Origin: Oculina patagonica
Taxonomy: Eukaryota
Reading direction: 5' to 3'
DNA length: 64,000 nt
Assembly: GCF_052425735.1 (NCBI RefSeq)
Contig: NC_135760.1
Coordinates: forward strand, 29,388,001 to 29,452,000
Each line of letters opens with the position of its first letter. Position 1 is the first letter of the stretch. Below, piece by piece: positions 13,877 through 26,254 of the stretch. The position numbers and the translations under genes are program-made. Under the pieces are notes generated by a model that saw only the letters and a program-made list of their open reading frames with translations, was not told the DNA's origin and made no database searches.

Positions 13877-14540
13877 GGGTGCTTTCGATTGGAAATTTCC
13901 CAATAAAACACGAAATTCAAAAACGGTTTTTGACGCACCGAAATTCTTCTCCGAGATGGATTTGTTATTTTCGCGTTTTTCGGGAATCCGAAAATTTGCA
14001 AATCTGTTCTCGTGAACAGCGGTCTATGCTTCAACAATTCAGCGCACGTGATCCAATGATAAACTTTAGCAAACTACGATGGTAAACAACTTCTGTTTAG
14101 CAAACAAAAGGTTTAAAATAGCTGCGTTCATGCTTCAATAACTCTTGGCTAATTCTATGCCGTCTTCTGAAAAATAACGCGAAACGACTTAATTCTGCGT
14201 ATTTTGATTCAGACCGCTAATTGTTCGATATTTTTGTTTGGAACTAAACATCAGCTTTATTCCGATTTCACTGTCGAATCCATTTTTCAGTGTTTTGGTT
14301 CACCATTCTGGATTACGTACTCACAATTGGCCCATCATTGACCGCTGCTCAGAGAACAGCTTTGCAAATCTTTTTTTCGGATTTCCCAAAAAACGCAAAA
14401 TAACAAATCCATGAAATCCAAGTTTGGAATTTTAAATTGAAATCCACCTCGGAGAAAGATTTCGGTAAGTCAAAATCCGTTTTTAGATTTTGTGTTTTAT
14501 TGGGAAATCCGAAATCCGGATTTCCCAATCGAAAGCACCC
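13877..14540. mobile_element. PIF/Harbinger-like MITE
   Basis: TIR gggtgctttcgattgg / ccaatcgaaagcaccc with TTA TSD on both sides. Confidence 0.75.
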
Positions 14541-14913
14541 TTAATTTTCGGTTTCAGTAGGCGCCATAGAGTCTGTAGCTATATTTGGAACGTTTCCTTA
14601 TTACAAACTCAGGAAAATCTTGGCAAACAAATGGCCAGAACTCTTCATTTTTTAGTGAACAACCCATTATAATGTAACCCGAATGTAAACGATAAAAACC
14701 TGACAGAAAGCCGGAAGAAACAAACAAAAGATAGAGACACAAAAGATACGATGCCACAATACCGGGCACATTATATAGTGCTCTTTACGCTAAGGGGCTA
14801 GTCAATAATGGGGAGGGGTGGGCCGGAGCGATTGGAAAAGTGGCGGGTGGAAGTTTTTCTTCAAATTTAAAGAATCTAAAGAAACATATATCACCACGAA
14901 AACTGCATCGGGG

Positions 14914-15102
14914 AATAGGCCATTTTCGAGTTACCCTTTGCCTTCATTTCAAAACCAGTCTACGTTCGAAACAATTCAAATGAAAATGAGTTTGATTTGC
15001 ATGAAACTGGACCTGTTGGTGAAACTCATTTTCATATAAATGGTTTCGCACCTAAGACTCGTTTTGAAACAGAGGCAAAGGGTAACTCGGAAATGGCCTA
15101 TT
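14914..15102. mobile_element. Palindromic MITE (AATAGGCC...GGCCTATT)
   Basis: aataggccattttcgagttaccctttgcc ... ggcaaagggtaactcggaaatggcctatt. Confidence 0.75.
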
Positions 15103-16124
15103 CCAAAACTGCTAGAACGTTAACGGTTCCGGCCATTCTCTTGCGTCAACAAGGGATTTATGTTTCACAAGTAACAAAATCAAGTACAGGCACGAATACA
15201 AACTCACCACCCAAAGTCACCCGCCCACCTGCTATTATAAGTACTTTTGTTTCTCAAGTTAACGAATCCTAAAAAAAAACCGACATAGTCTTAAGCTCTT
15301 TAGATCCCAACTTTCTGGAAAGAATAAGAGAACCAAAATAAAGAAAGTGCTTCCAGTTAGATCTTTTAGACTAAAAAACTTCTGAAGTTTAATTCAGCAG
15401 ATGATTTGTTATCAGTCAATAGTTATTGTCTGTGGTGAATAGGCTGTTCTTCATGATCACGACAATGAATAACAAAAGCAGTAATGGAATATCAACAAAT
15501 GTTTAATAAATTGCCGATCGTTATGGCATTACACCTTTAAATTAAGAAAAGCATGTCATTCACTTGACTACAGCCTTAAAATAAGTAGGCCATGCCGTCA
15601 CTAGCAATAGAAGACAGTCTTGGGTCAAACATGATGGATGAAGTGGTTCATGAAGTAGAATGTGCTGCATCAAATAGCCTGCAAATTAGGGGCCCTGGCC
15701 GAGATGATTTTCAGCCCGGTTTCAGCACGAATGATCAGAGCACGAATGATCTTGATTACCTTTTTCGGCAATTTGGTGGTTAAATTTTTTGCACTTATGC
15801 ATCTGGATGGATTACTTTACCTCTACATCCTATTTAGAAGGAGTAGCATCGATTTTTTTCGTCGGATATTGTGCTCGGAAGAGAAATTTAATGCTGGCCC
15901 GCTTAGCCGGGCTGGCCCAGTGAACGCGATTACATGGAAAATTTTCATCCCGGCTAGCCGAGATCCCGGCATCGCGATACCGGGATCTCGGCTAACCGGA
16001 CTGGCCCGGTTGTCATGTAATCGCAAAGTTGATTTTTGTTGCGTTTAACAGACGTGCCGAGATCTCGGCAATCCGAGCCAGCCCGGCTCATGTAATCAGG
16101 CCCTGAGCACACCGGCTCATTAAA

Positions 16125-17186
16125 GAGGGTCCTGAAGGGGTAAAATGGGAACTGGGATTTGCCTATATTTTCACTGGGAAAATGGGATTTAGGTCACTGG
16201 GACTAGGATTCCGAAACAAAAAATGGGAATGGGAAGCGTGCCAGTACATGACTAAACCAGCATATTTTGCGCTCTATAATGATATGTTCTTAAAGTCCGG
16301 CACTAAATAGTTAAAACGCTGAAAACTCTGAAACAAAACGACCGCACTGCACTAGTGTCCATCAACTGGTCTCGATCAATTTTCGTGTAAGTGATGAAGT
16401 TACTCAGCGGAACAGCTATGACTGAGGATCGGCACAAATGGAATATTTAAAAGAAGTGACTGCAAGTTGTTGTCAGTCAGGGTAGTGGTAGGTATGGGAT
16501 AAAAAACTTGATAGCTTTAGTTAAAGCTACAAAAAAAAAAAATTATTATTCTCTACAAGACAAATGATAACTATCCCTTCTGTGACCCAGGTGCGAAAAG
16601 AAAGTCCAGGATAACTTGCATGTGCATGCTTTTAAAAAACAAACCAATAAAAAACGACAGAGACGTGTGGCATTTCTTACATGTAACGTGTGCGTAAGGG
16701 TAAAAATAGTTCGCTAAAATGAAAAATTCAACTATGTGACTAAAGCGCGCGATCTGCAAGAAAAAATATTGTAACCTTTGTCTAAAGCCGTTATTAAAAG
16801 AATAGGTACTAAATCCACAAATACTAAATTTCTGAATTTATCATCTCTGCGCGTGCAATCCCGTGCATGTCCAAATGTTCTGTGGAATATGGTTTGGCTC
16901 CCCCCCTTTTTTGTAAGGGGGGTGGGTGGATGGGAGGACGGATTTCAGTGCAAGTTACTCTGGACTCGCTCTTCCTGCACCTGGGTTCAATCCCTATATA
17001 GGGCACCGAAGAGAAAGTTCAGGGAGTGTACTACATTTAGGACAATAAAAAACAAAACAGATATAATGCACTTGAGACCAGATTTTCCACACACTGGAAA
17101 TTTCACTGCTGGGACTGGGATTTAGACAAAAAATAGGCTGGGAAATGGGATTTGGTACCCCCCCCCCCCCCCCCTTCAGGACCCTC
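16125..17186. mobile_element. Non-autonomous DNA transposon with 6-bp TSD
   Basis: TIR gagggtcctgaagggg / ccccttcaggaccctc; attaaa duplicated at 16119-16124 and 17187-17192. Confidence 0.75.
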
Positions 17187-17652
17187 ATTAAAGCGTACGA
17201 AATTTGTTTGATCATTCCTCACATCACACATCACATCACTTTAAATTTACCTCGGTGTAGTTCAGGTATAGCTAATTACTCCGAGAAATAAAACGAAGAA
17301 GAACAAAATAAATAAATAAAAAAGTAGTAGTAATAATAAAAGTAAAATCAAAATGGTTTATTAAATATATATATTATGTACATTACATTAAACTACTATA
17401 AATGTTCGAAAGAAACTTGGCGTATATTAGTTGTGAACTCTCAATTTGAATTTCTCGAGGAAAATACTGCTGATACCAAATCAAGTTTAAAAACCAGGAG
17501 ATATCTGAAAGAAGCACTTCTTTTCATGACAGAAATTTAAAATGTGCCCACCCCCTGACCTAGAAATGTGTAAGTTAGTTTTAAAATTAATGATAACTAT
17601 TGTTTTGGCTAGTAAATAAATTAAAGCTAGCTACGCTTTTAAAAATGTTCCA

Positions 17653-18427
17653 TTAAAATCGTTTCGTCAGAACACGGATGAACGGCGTCTTGGCATCACT
17701 TCCATCATAGATGCAACTCGTCTGCTTCTGGGTTTCATTTGATCATCTCTTGCCTTCTGCTGCAGATTGGTAGCGTTAAGGGGCTTTTCTGTGCTCGGTT
17801 TGTTCTCACGTGGTTTACGTTGTGTCAACACTGTTTGTTGTTTAAGGCGTCTGTCACTCGTTCCTTTTTTCAGTGAGGTTCTTCATCGTCTTGTTCCAGG
17901 ATCTGTCAGCGGGGTGTGTGCACGCTAGGAATGAAAGAAACTGCTCGCAGTCCTGGCCTGTGGATCATGGACTCATCTTTAAACGCAGTCCGTCCTCCAC
18001 TTCTCTCGGTTTGCTTTACAGCATCATTTTGACGCGATACGGACAGTTTGGTTGTTACCCTCTTAGCTTGCCGAGGTTTTCGTTGTTGGCCTTGCGGGCT
18101 TGTACATTGTGAGACTTGATGCTGTGGGTCTATGTGGCAATGTACATCAGTTTGTTTCGTTTGCTGGGGAAGAGCAACACGAACCAACTTGCGTCGTGGC
18201 CGTGACTGTCGGGTTTGTCGTTCATTAACTGGTAGCAAATGAGTTGAGTAGGTCTTGGAACCATTGGACGAAGGATTTTCATGGTCCTTCTTGAACGAAG
18301 AATTGGAGGCACATCTAGGTGGTTGTTGTTGCTCAGGTAGTATTGTTGCACCAAAAATGCTTCTATTTCTCCTTTGAAAAAATTCACATAACTCCATCAT
18401 CGAGAGTGGTTTGGATTTTCGACTCAT
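17653..18427 (-). pseudogene. Orphan basic-ORF family (MSRKS...), copy 1, interrupted
   Basis: MSRKSKPLSMMELCEFFQRRN start at 18427; premature stop at 17906; homology to the other copies continues to ~17653. Confidence 0.6.
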
Positions 18428-18604
18428 TTTGGGGTACAATTGTTCTCTGGTCAGTTATGTCAAGAGAATAATAGTTGTAATATGTTTTGGATGCTTCTTA
18501 TAATCTTAATTTCAACACAAACACGTCATCTTCTTTAAGGAGTGTCTCGTTTCTGATGTCACCGAAAACAACTGCCAATGTAATTAATGGTTTCAGTTTA
18601 TTTT

Positions 18605-19075
18605 CCAGCGTCAGTAACATTTCGTTACTTTTGGCTACGCTATTTGCCTTTACTTAATTACTTACGCAAGAAAATAAACAAAAAACATTTACTGTAACTA
18701 AGCAATCAGTCGAAATTTCAGAAATATTTTGTTGCTAACGTCAGCAACGTTTCGTCAATTTAGGCCGCGCCTTTTGCTTTTACCACATAGCAACCAACTA
18801 TTTAATTACTTACGCAAGAAAATAAACAAAAAACATTTACTGTAACTTAGCAATCAGTCGAAAGTTCAGTAATATTTTGTTACAAACGTCAGTAACATTT
18901 CTTTACTTTAGGCCGCGCCTTTTGCTTTTACCACATGGCAGCCAACTATTTAATTACTTACGCAAGAAAGCAAACAAAAAATATTTACTGTAACTTAGCA
19001 ATCAGTCGGAATTTCAGTTATGTTACTGACGTCAATAACGTTTTGTCACTTTGGGCTGCGCCTTTTGCTCAAACC
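18605..19075. repeat. ~148-bp tandem repeat array 1 (bZIP-motif array), ~3 units
   Basis: Unit ccacatagcaaccaactatttaattacttacgcaagaaaataaac...gttactgacgtcagtaac...gcgccttttgctttta; starts at 18783 and 18931 are 148 bp apart. Confidence 0.9.
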
Positions 19076-19292
19076 ACTTTCTCAAGGGCTAAAGTGATGG
19101 GTTGGAATCCACCACATGGTTTGTGCAAGAACTCTTGTGCTTGAGTTTCCAAGGTTTTGCTGAGTCCGTTCTTCCTCTGCAGTCATCAGTGCATTTGCCG
19201 AGTTAGGTCTCTTTGCTTTGCCTTGTTAGCAGTGGAGTTTGGATTTGCCTTCGAATACCAACTTTGACTTATTAGGAAACTCTTGGTCTCGT

Positions 19293-19300
19293 ATAATAAC

Positions 19301-19340
<40 letters not shown>

Positions 19341-19455
19341 GTAAAAATAATAAAAATGATAATAATAATAAATATTATTATTATTATAATTATGATGACA
19401 GCAACAATAATATATAATAATAATTAATTATAATAGCAACAATAATAACAATAAA
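19293..19455. repeat. (AAT)n microsatellite
   Basis: Imperfect ATA/AAT run. Confidence 0.95.
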
Positions 19456-19543
19456 ACTTAATTCACAATTCAAGATTATTTACAAAATACAATCGATAAA
19501 ATTAATATACGAAATTTCATAAAAATTCAAAATCATGTATATA

Positions 19544-22500
19544 TACCTCTTATTAATCGAGTTCGAGGTCCGTACTGTAAAATACGGACCGAGTTTTTCC
19601 CGTGCGTTTATGGCCCGCGCGCTTCGCGCTTGGGCCATAAATCGACGGGAAAAAACGAGGATCCGTATTTTACAGTACGGACCGAGAAAACGAGGTTAAT
19701 AAGATATTTATTATATCTCTCACTCTGGAGAAAAGAAAACATTTCAATTCAAGCGTGCGGGGAGCGGCTTCGTTTGACTTCGTTTGTCAAAGGCGAATGG
19801 ACGAGTGAATTTTATTGGCTTTCGTAAACAATTCGACCGTTTAATGGCTCGATTGAAGCGTATAAACATAATTTAGACCAACCTTCACTACTTTATTTCT
19901 GCAATTAGTTTTACAGTAATTTCATTGACAGGATGAAAACTAGATACAGTGCAAGTTTCCTTTGAAGAAATCAAACGCAAAGTGAACAATAAAATCCCGT
20001 TCACACTCTATCACGACCTCATCGCTGCTATTTCATCAGAATGGAAGCAAAAATTGAAACAAAACAACTTACCCCAAACCACCCCTCCCCAAGACCTTCC
20101 ATCAACACGAACGGCCTACGCCACACTCCTTAGCAACAATGTAGATCCACCGACTTCAGAGAATAGAATCCTAAATTATGGTTTCACCAAAGAAAGCATC
20201 CACAATGTGTACTCATAGCCTTTCCTAATAACTAAAGATTCTAAATTAATTGCTTTCCAGTATAAAATAATTCACCATATTTTACCTACCAGATCCAGCC
20301 TTTTTCGAGCTGGCATTGTTGAAAGCGATATTTGTACTTTATGCGAAACTGAAAAACAAACAATAAGCCACTTACTGTACCAATGCACTGTATCTAAAGC
20401 TTTCTGGAATAGATTCACGTGCTGGTGGCACTCGAAATTTGAACAGACTATCACTCTGACTGAATCCGCTGTCCTATACGGTTGGCTTCAGGACATCCAA
20501 AACAAACAGGCACTTAATGTCACACTTCTTTTTGCCAAATACCACATTTTTGCGACGAGTTCATGTGTCGGCAACTTATGTTTTGAAAGCTTTCTTCTTC
20601 GCCTCCAATACAAACTCGACATTTTAAAACAAAGTCATATCGCCCAAAAGAAGTTGCACTTGTTTTTGAAAATATGGGGAAAACTGATTTGAATCAAATC
20701 TAGATCGAAAAAAACAAACAAAAGCAATTTTAGTTATCTATTTAAAAATACCTATGAAATGAACTATATTTAAAGCCTAATTTTTTTTCCTTTATAACGT
20801 CCGCTTTGCTACTGTTTTTTTTTTTGCTTAGTTTACCGTAAGTTTAGTTCTCTTTTGTATTTGCAAGTCTTTTTAATTCTGTAATACCTATTTTTTCCTT
20901 TATAACGTCTGCGTTGCAACCGTGTTTTTTTTTTTCAGTTCACAGTAAGTTTTGTTCACTCTAGTACTGTAAATCTTGTAATTTTGTAATACCTACTATT
21001 TCTTCTTTTGTAACGTCCGCTTTGCTACCATTTTTTAAGTTAACTGTTTAATTTAGTTTTGTTCTTTTTTTGAATTGTAACTTTTGTAAATGCAGTGTGA
21101 AGTCATGTAACCTTTGTGTGAGCAATAATAATAAAAAAAAAAATAAAAAAAAAGTTTCCTTTGGAATAACTTCTAAAGTTCTTTGCTTGGCAACGAAAGT
21201 GCCGCGATTGACAACATGTTTTCGCTTTAATATCAAACTTTCGAAAACTTATGGCAGTGTTTCTATAAAATACTGAACGAGAAAACACGTATAAAGTTTG
21301 AAGAAAGTACTTGAAAAAAAGCCTCAGATATCGCCGTCCACGTAATGCTAAGTTGTGTCTTCCCTAGAGGTGCTAGGTGCAGTTGATTCATAATCAAAGT
21401 CTCTTCGAGATACCGACTTTTTTGCATGAAGTATGAGTCGAAGGTTTATCCTGTGCATTGTTCTTCAAACTTATCATTACAGTTGCTTTGTAGTTTAGTT
21501 TAACAATTTCCTATCTTCGCGGCGGAAATGCAGCCATATAATTTTGTCAAAAATGGCTCGTCCGTGCCGGGTATTTATACACATATTCCTCAACATTACA
21601 CAAATAAACAGTGCAAATTTCACCGAGATCTGACAATTCTATACTTTAAAATTGCAAGGACCTTTCGAGGCAGTCGATTACGGCAGCGAAATTAGAAAAT
21701 GAAACAGCAAAATATGCGTTCGACGCTTTGTTTTGCGACGCCATATTTGAATTGTTATAGGTAGACCGCTGTTCAATGTGTTCAAGGCCGTATCGTTACG
21801 ATTGCTCCACGAAAAAGCACGAAAAAAATACGGATATTTCCGACTACTGTCGGAGAAAACATTGCGCATATAATTGCGGCGTAAACAAATCGATACACTC
21901 AAGCTGCGTTTTGTCTAGGCTCTGCGAGGGTCGGATATCAAGACAGCTTCTTCGTGGGCTTAAGAAGAATTAAACAAAAGCCATATATACAGTGAATGAT
22001 TTTGAATTATATTTGAAGATGAAATACGAAAGAATTTTGCTGTCTTTGACTGAAATTTCACTCAAACTGCGTAGATACGATCGCATGTTGTAAAGCCGAT
22101 TCATGCAACATTGCTGTCAACGCGAGGTCACGTCCCTAACGACCTAGGCTGATGACGAAATAGAATGGCGCTTGTAGCGACAAAATTTGGCCTAATTTTT
22201 AACCGCTCCTAAGCTGAAAGAAGCCTCCATCTCTTGAAAAGAGCGAGTTTTTTTGGTATGGTTTATTTTTGACGTTTGTAATTTTTAAACGATGTAATTG
22301 CTAGGGATTATTTATTCGTGTTTTAGCGTTAGTTACGCAATCCATTGTTTGTCCGACGCATTTTATAGATCGCCTTTCAGACACACGTGCGTTGAGATAA
22401 CAAAGCTGACATGTCACTTTTAAAATTGTTATATAACGTTTGTAAATGTGACAAGTCACGTTTTTTCCACGAGATCGCAAGTGATCACCCACAGCGGAAA

Positions 22501-23340
22501 GTAATCCCCTGAGAAATTAAAACAGTCCCTTAAGAAATTAAAAAAGTCCCTTGAGAGTTAACAAGAATGTGAATTTTGCCCAACATAACTGCTATTCTCC
22601 TACTTTCGCTTGTAAACAAGCAAAAAAGTCGAAAAAATGACTTGGCACGGGTTGCTCCCGGGTTTGCTGGATATTAAAATCACAATTGGAATAGATCCAA
22701 TGTTTGCCGAAGCAAAGAGCGACGACATTCTGGCTGAAAACTCTTACCTTGTAGGATGTTACAGGGTAACTTTAGCTCTTTAAGGCGGCGATGAATGCTT
22801 GGTTGAAAGCTTGAAATGCTGTCTGGCTCGTACTCAACTCTATCGCGTTTGAGTACGTCTTCGAAAAACTTTCCGACGAGCTTATCGAGGACGTCAGCAG
22901 CTACGGTTTTTTATATGAAATGTTCCATCAGTCTGCTCTTGACAATAATTTTCGAACCGATTCCATTCACTTTTTGTCTTCTTGGCCGTGTTTGCAGATT
23001 TCTCGGCACTGATGAAACAAACTTTCAAGTTCTTGACTTGAATCCTGCTCGGGTTGCTCTAAGTCCGCCACATCAGGGAAGTTTTCTCCTTCCATCGGAT
23101 CACAAAAATTGAGTTTAAAGTTCGGTAAACCTTCTTCGCTTCGTCTTTGTTCCTCGCTTTTTTCCTTTGACAGCGAACGTTGTAGGAAGTTTTGAAAATC
23201 TTCTTCGCGAGACATTTCAACTTGCAAAGGCGTACGGCATCAGGAGAACTCTCAGTCAAATTTCGCGGGCCGTACTGCAGAATACGGCCCGTAAAATTGA
23301 CCAATCACACTGTGCGTACTATCTCAGAGATATAATAAAA
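19544..23340 (-). mobile_element. Decayed Crypton-like (tyrosine recombinase) element
   Basis: Frameshifted minus-strand remnant at ~22750-23020 reads FISAEKSANTAKKTKSEWNRFENYC / LDKLVGKFFEDVLKRDRVEYEPDSISSFQPSIHRRLKE, resembling the Crypton/DUF3504-associated N-terminal region. Both ends carry the ccgtactg-aatacgg motif (19570-19590, 19663-19680, 23270-23287). Boundaries are approximate. Confidence 0.6.
19965..21151 (+). mobile_element. 5'-truncated non-LTR retrotransposon (L1/Tx1-like ORF2 C-terminus) nested in the Crypton
   Basis: Reads ...FQYKIIHHILPTRSSLFRAGIVESDICTLCETEKQTISHLLYQC... (zf-RVT CCHC) to a stop at ~20692, with an internal stop at 20216. Repeated 3' UTR, A-rich tail 21124-21153, 12-bp TSD aagtttcctttg (19953-19964 and 21152-21163). 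Confidence 0.85.
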
Positions 23341-23404
23341 AAAAGAACAACAACAAATCCTTTATAATGATAATAATAACAATAATAATAATATTTATTA
23401 CATT

Positions 23405-23566
23405 NNNNNNNNNNNNNNNNNNNNNNNNNNNNNNNNNNNNNNNNNNNNNNNNNNNNNNNNNNNNNNNNNNNNNNNNNNNNNNNNNNNNNNNNNNNNNNNN
23501 NNNNNNNNNNNNNNNNNNNNNNNNNNNNNNNNNNNNNNNNNNNNNNNNNNNNNNNNNNNNNNNNNN
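23405..23566. other. Assembly gap (N run)
   Basis: 162 Ns after an AAT-rich run. Confidence 1.
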
Positions 23567-23974
23567 ATCATTAAAAAATACAAGCATCGATAAAAAGATA
23601 AAGAATTAAAAAGCAGCTGGCATCCTTATATAAAAAAGTCAATAGAATGTCTTTGTATATGTAATAATTTTTTAAAAAAACCCTTTAATAACAACATCTA
23701 AGATAATTCTCTGTGGCGCAAAACTATTTACAATAAAAGATTCTATAATACAGTCGTTAAAAGAAAAGAAAAATATGTTATACAAAAGTAAAAGAAAGCG
23801 AACACTATCAATAGAATAATAAAATTCCAGTAAAAATTGAATATCAAACTGGATATCAAAATGTAGTAGTAACTGAATATCAAAACCTAAAGTCCTGCAA
23901 GTCCTCTTTCAATGTCAAAGTCCATCTAATTGATGTTGAGATTTATTCTCCTCGGTTACCGTTACCGTAGGATA

Positions 23975-24262
23975 CGCCTTTCATTTTAACCACATAGCAA
24001 CCAACTATTTAATTACTTACGCAAGGAAATAAACAAAAATATTTACTGTAACTAAGAAATCAGTCAAAATTTCAGTAATATTTTGTTGCTAACGTCAGTA
24101 ACATTTCGTTACTTCAGTATGCGCCTTTTGCTTTTGCTACATAACAACCATTTCATTACTAATGCAAGAAAATAAGCGTAAAACACGTATTGTAATTAAG
24201 CAATCAGTCAAAATTTCAGTAATGTTTTGTTCCTGACGTCAATATTTTGTCACTTTGGGCCG
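23975..24262. repeat. ~148-bp repeat array 2, ~2 units
   Basis: Same unit as array 1; followed by the junction gggccgtgtggatagaaaaa, also seen at 27124. Confidence 0.85.
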
Positions 24263-25067
24263 TGTGGATAGAAAAATTAGAAATTTCTTCCAACACTTTT
24301 CTGTTTAATCTAATATATGACGTTTAGTATTGTATGACTTCCAGCGGTGAAAATGTTATGAAGTTACAAATTAACCAGTTGAGTTTATCATCAGTTTAAA
24401 GTCGTTGGAAGTTATTGTGCGTAAGATATTTTCAAGGTAGGAGAATGACTACCAGAGGAAATGGTGGAATATCAACAAAATGTTTAATAACTTGTCGATC
24501 GTTATAACATGGCAACTTGAACCAAAAAAACTTCATTCACATAACTATCAATATGGCCTTTCAGTGAGGCAATGTCGTCATAAACAATACATTCATATAA
24601 TACATCCAATAACACAAAAATAGCAATAAACGATGACAATACCGCAGGCAGTGGTAAGCTACTTTCAGGAGAAACTACCCCGACTTTTACTGACCAGGAC
24701 GACACGTGTAAACTGGCCAGGAATTTGCCACAGTAAAGTGTATCAAATTTATTTTAAAGACCGCGAGAATTCTTCTGATCATTACTTAATTTTAATTTCT
24801 ACAATAAAATACTGATGATACCAAATCAAGTTTTCAAAGCTAGGAGGCACCCGAAAAAGTTTCCATATTTCTCACTAGTGTTAACCGAAGATTAAAATTT
24901 TTTCACTCTGTAATTAAACCAGAACATGAGGAACCTTGCTACGCCTTATAAGGCCTTCGGGCCTAATTGTTAAGGTAATTTTTACATATAACATTTTTGT
25001 ATATTTCTGTATATTTTCGGTTAACTATAACCAAATGAGCACGCTATGTTTTTTTAGTAATGTCTCA

Positions 25068-25874
25068 TTAGAATCGTTTCCTCAGAACACGGATGAACGT
25101 TAGGTGTTGTTGAGCTGGGTCTGTCTGGATACACAGTCCTATTCTTCTATCAGTACACTGTGGCAGCTCACTGGTGTCTTGCTGGAAAGCTACACGGCGC
25201 TCTGGCATCACTTGATTCATAGCTGCAACTCGTCTGCTTCTGGGTTTCATTTGATCATCTCTCGCCTTCTGCTGCTGATTGGTAGCGTTTTGATGCTTTT
25301 CTGTGCTCGGTTTGTTGTCGCGTGGTTCATTTTGTTTTGTTACAGTCAGATGTTTGAGGTGTCTGCTACTTGTTCCACTCTTCACTGTGGTTTTTCTTCG
25401 TCTTGTTCCAGGATCTGCCAGCGCATGGGGTGCTAAGCACTGCCTGTGGATTATAGTGTCATCTTTCAACGCAGTCCGTTCTCCACTTCTCTCGGTTTTC
25501 TCTTCAGCAACAGTTTGAACCACTTTGGACGGTTGGGTTGTTTCCCTCCTGACATGCCGAGGTTTACGCTGTTGGCCTTGCGGGTTTGTACATTGTGAGA
25601 CTTGACGCTGTGTAGCTCTGTGGCAACGGACATCAGTTTGTTTCATTTGCTGGGGAAGAACAACAAAAACCAACTTGCTAGGTGAACGTGACTGCCGGGT
25701 TTGTCGTTCATTAACTGATGGCAAATGAGTTGAATTCGTCTTGGAAATGTTGCAGGGAAGATTTCCATGGCCCTTTTTGAAGGAATGATTGGACGGACAT
25801 TTCGGTGGTTTTTGATGGTTCGGTGGTGTTTTTTCACCAAGAATGCGTCCATTTAGTTGGGATTTTCGACTCAT
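25068..25874 (-). CDS. Orphan basic disordered protein, copy 2 (268 aa, intronless)
   Basis: Open ORF MSRKS...FIRVLRKRF* with an in-frame deletion relative to copy 3. TATATAAAA lies ~80 nt upstream; TTACGTCA and TGACGC sites further upstream. Confidence 0.55.
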   Translation of the reverse strand: MSRKSQLNGRILGEKTPPNHQKPPKCPSNHSFKKGHGNLPCNISKTNSTHLPSVNERQTRQSRSPSKLVFVVLPQQMKQTDVRCHRATQRQVSQCTNPQGQQRKPRHVRRETTQPSKVVQTVAEEKTERSGERTALKDDTIIHRQCLAPHALADPGTRRRKTTVKSGTSSRHLKHLTVTKQNEPRDNKPSTEKHQNATNQQQKARDDQMKPRSRRVAAMNQVMPERRVAFQQDTSELPQCTDRRIGLCIQTDPAQQHLTFIRVLRKRF

Positions 25875-26254
25875 TTTGTGCGTGTAATTTGAAGTTCTTT
25901 GGTCAGTGATGTCAAGAGATTGTTAGTTGTAATGTGTTTTTGATGGTTTTTATATATTTTCATTTGAACACAAGCGCGTCATCTTCTTTCGTGTACGTCT
26001 CGCTTCTGACGTAACATCTCAAACAATTGCAACATTATTTTCTAAATATATATATGGTATTTTTAGAACCTTTTCAGTTCAAAAAGGTATACCGTATTTC
26101 AAACATGTACACATTTTATTGAATTCTCGGTTACTTTTTGCTGGAATTCTTTGCAGATCACATTTTTCTGATGTTTCTAAAAGTTCCTGATGACGATATT
26201 CACAATCGCTAGTATTTTATGACGTGAGTCTTGTGTTTTTCTTTTAAAGGTTTA

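Noticed and set aside
25104-25436. Plus-strand hydrophobic ORFs (MLLSWVCLD...) recurring at 28352 and 42660
   Set aside because: Antisense shadows of the minus-strand family, with non-ATG starts and variable stops.
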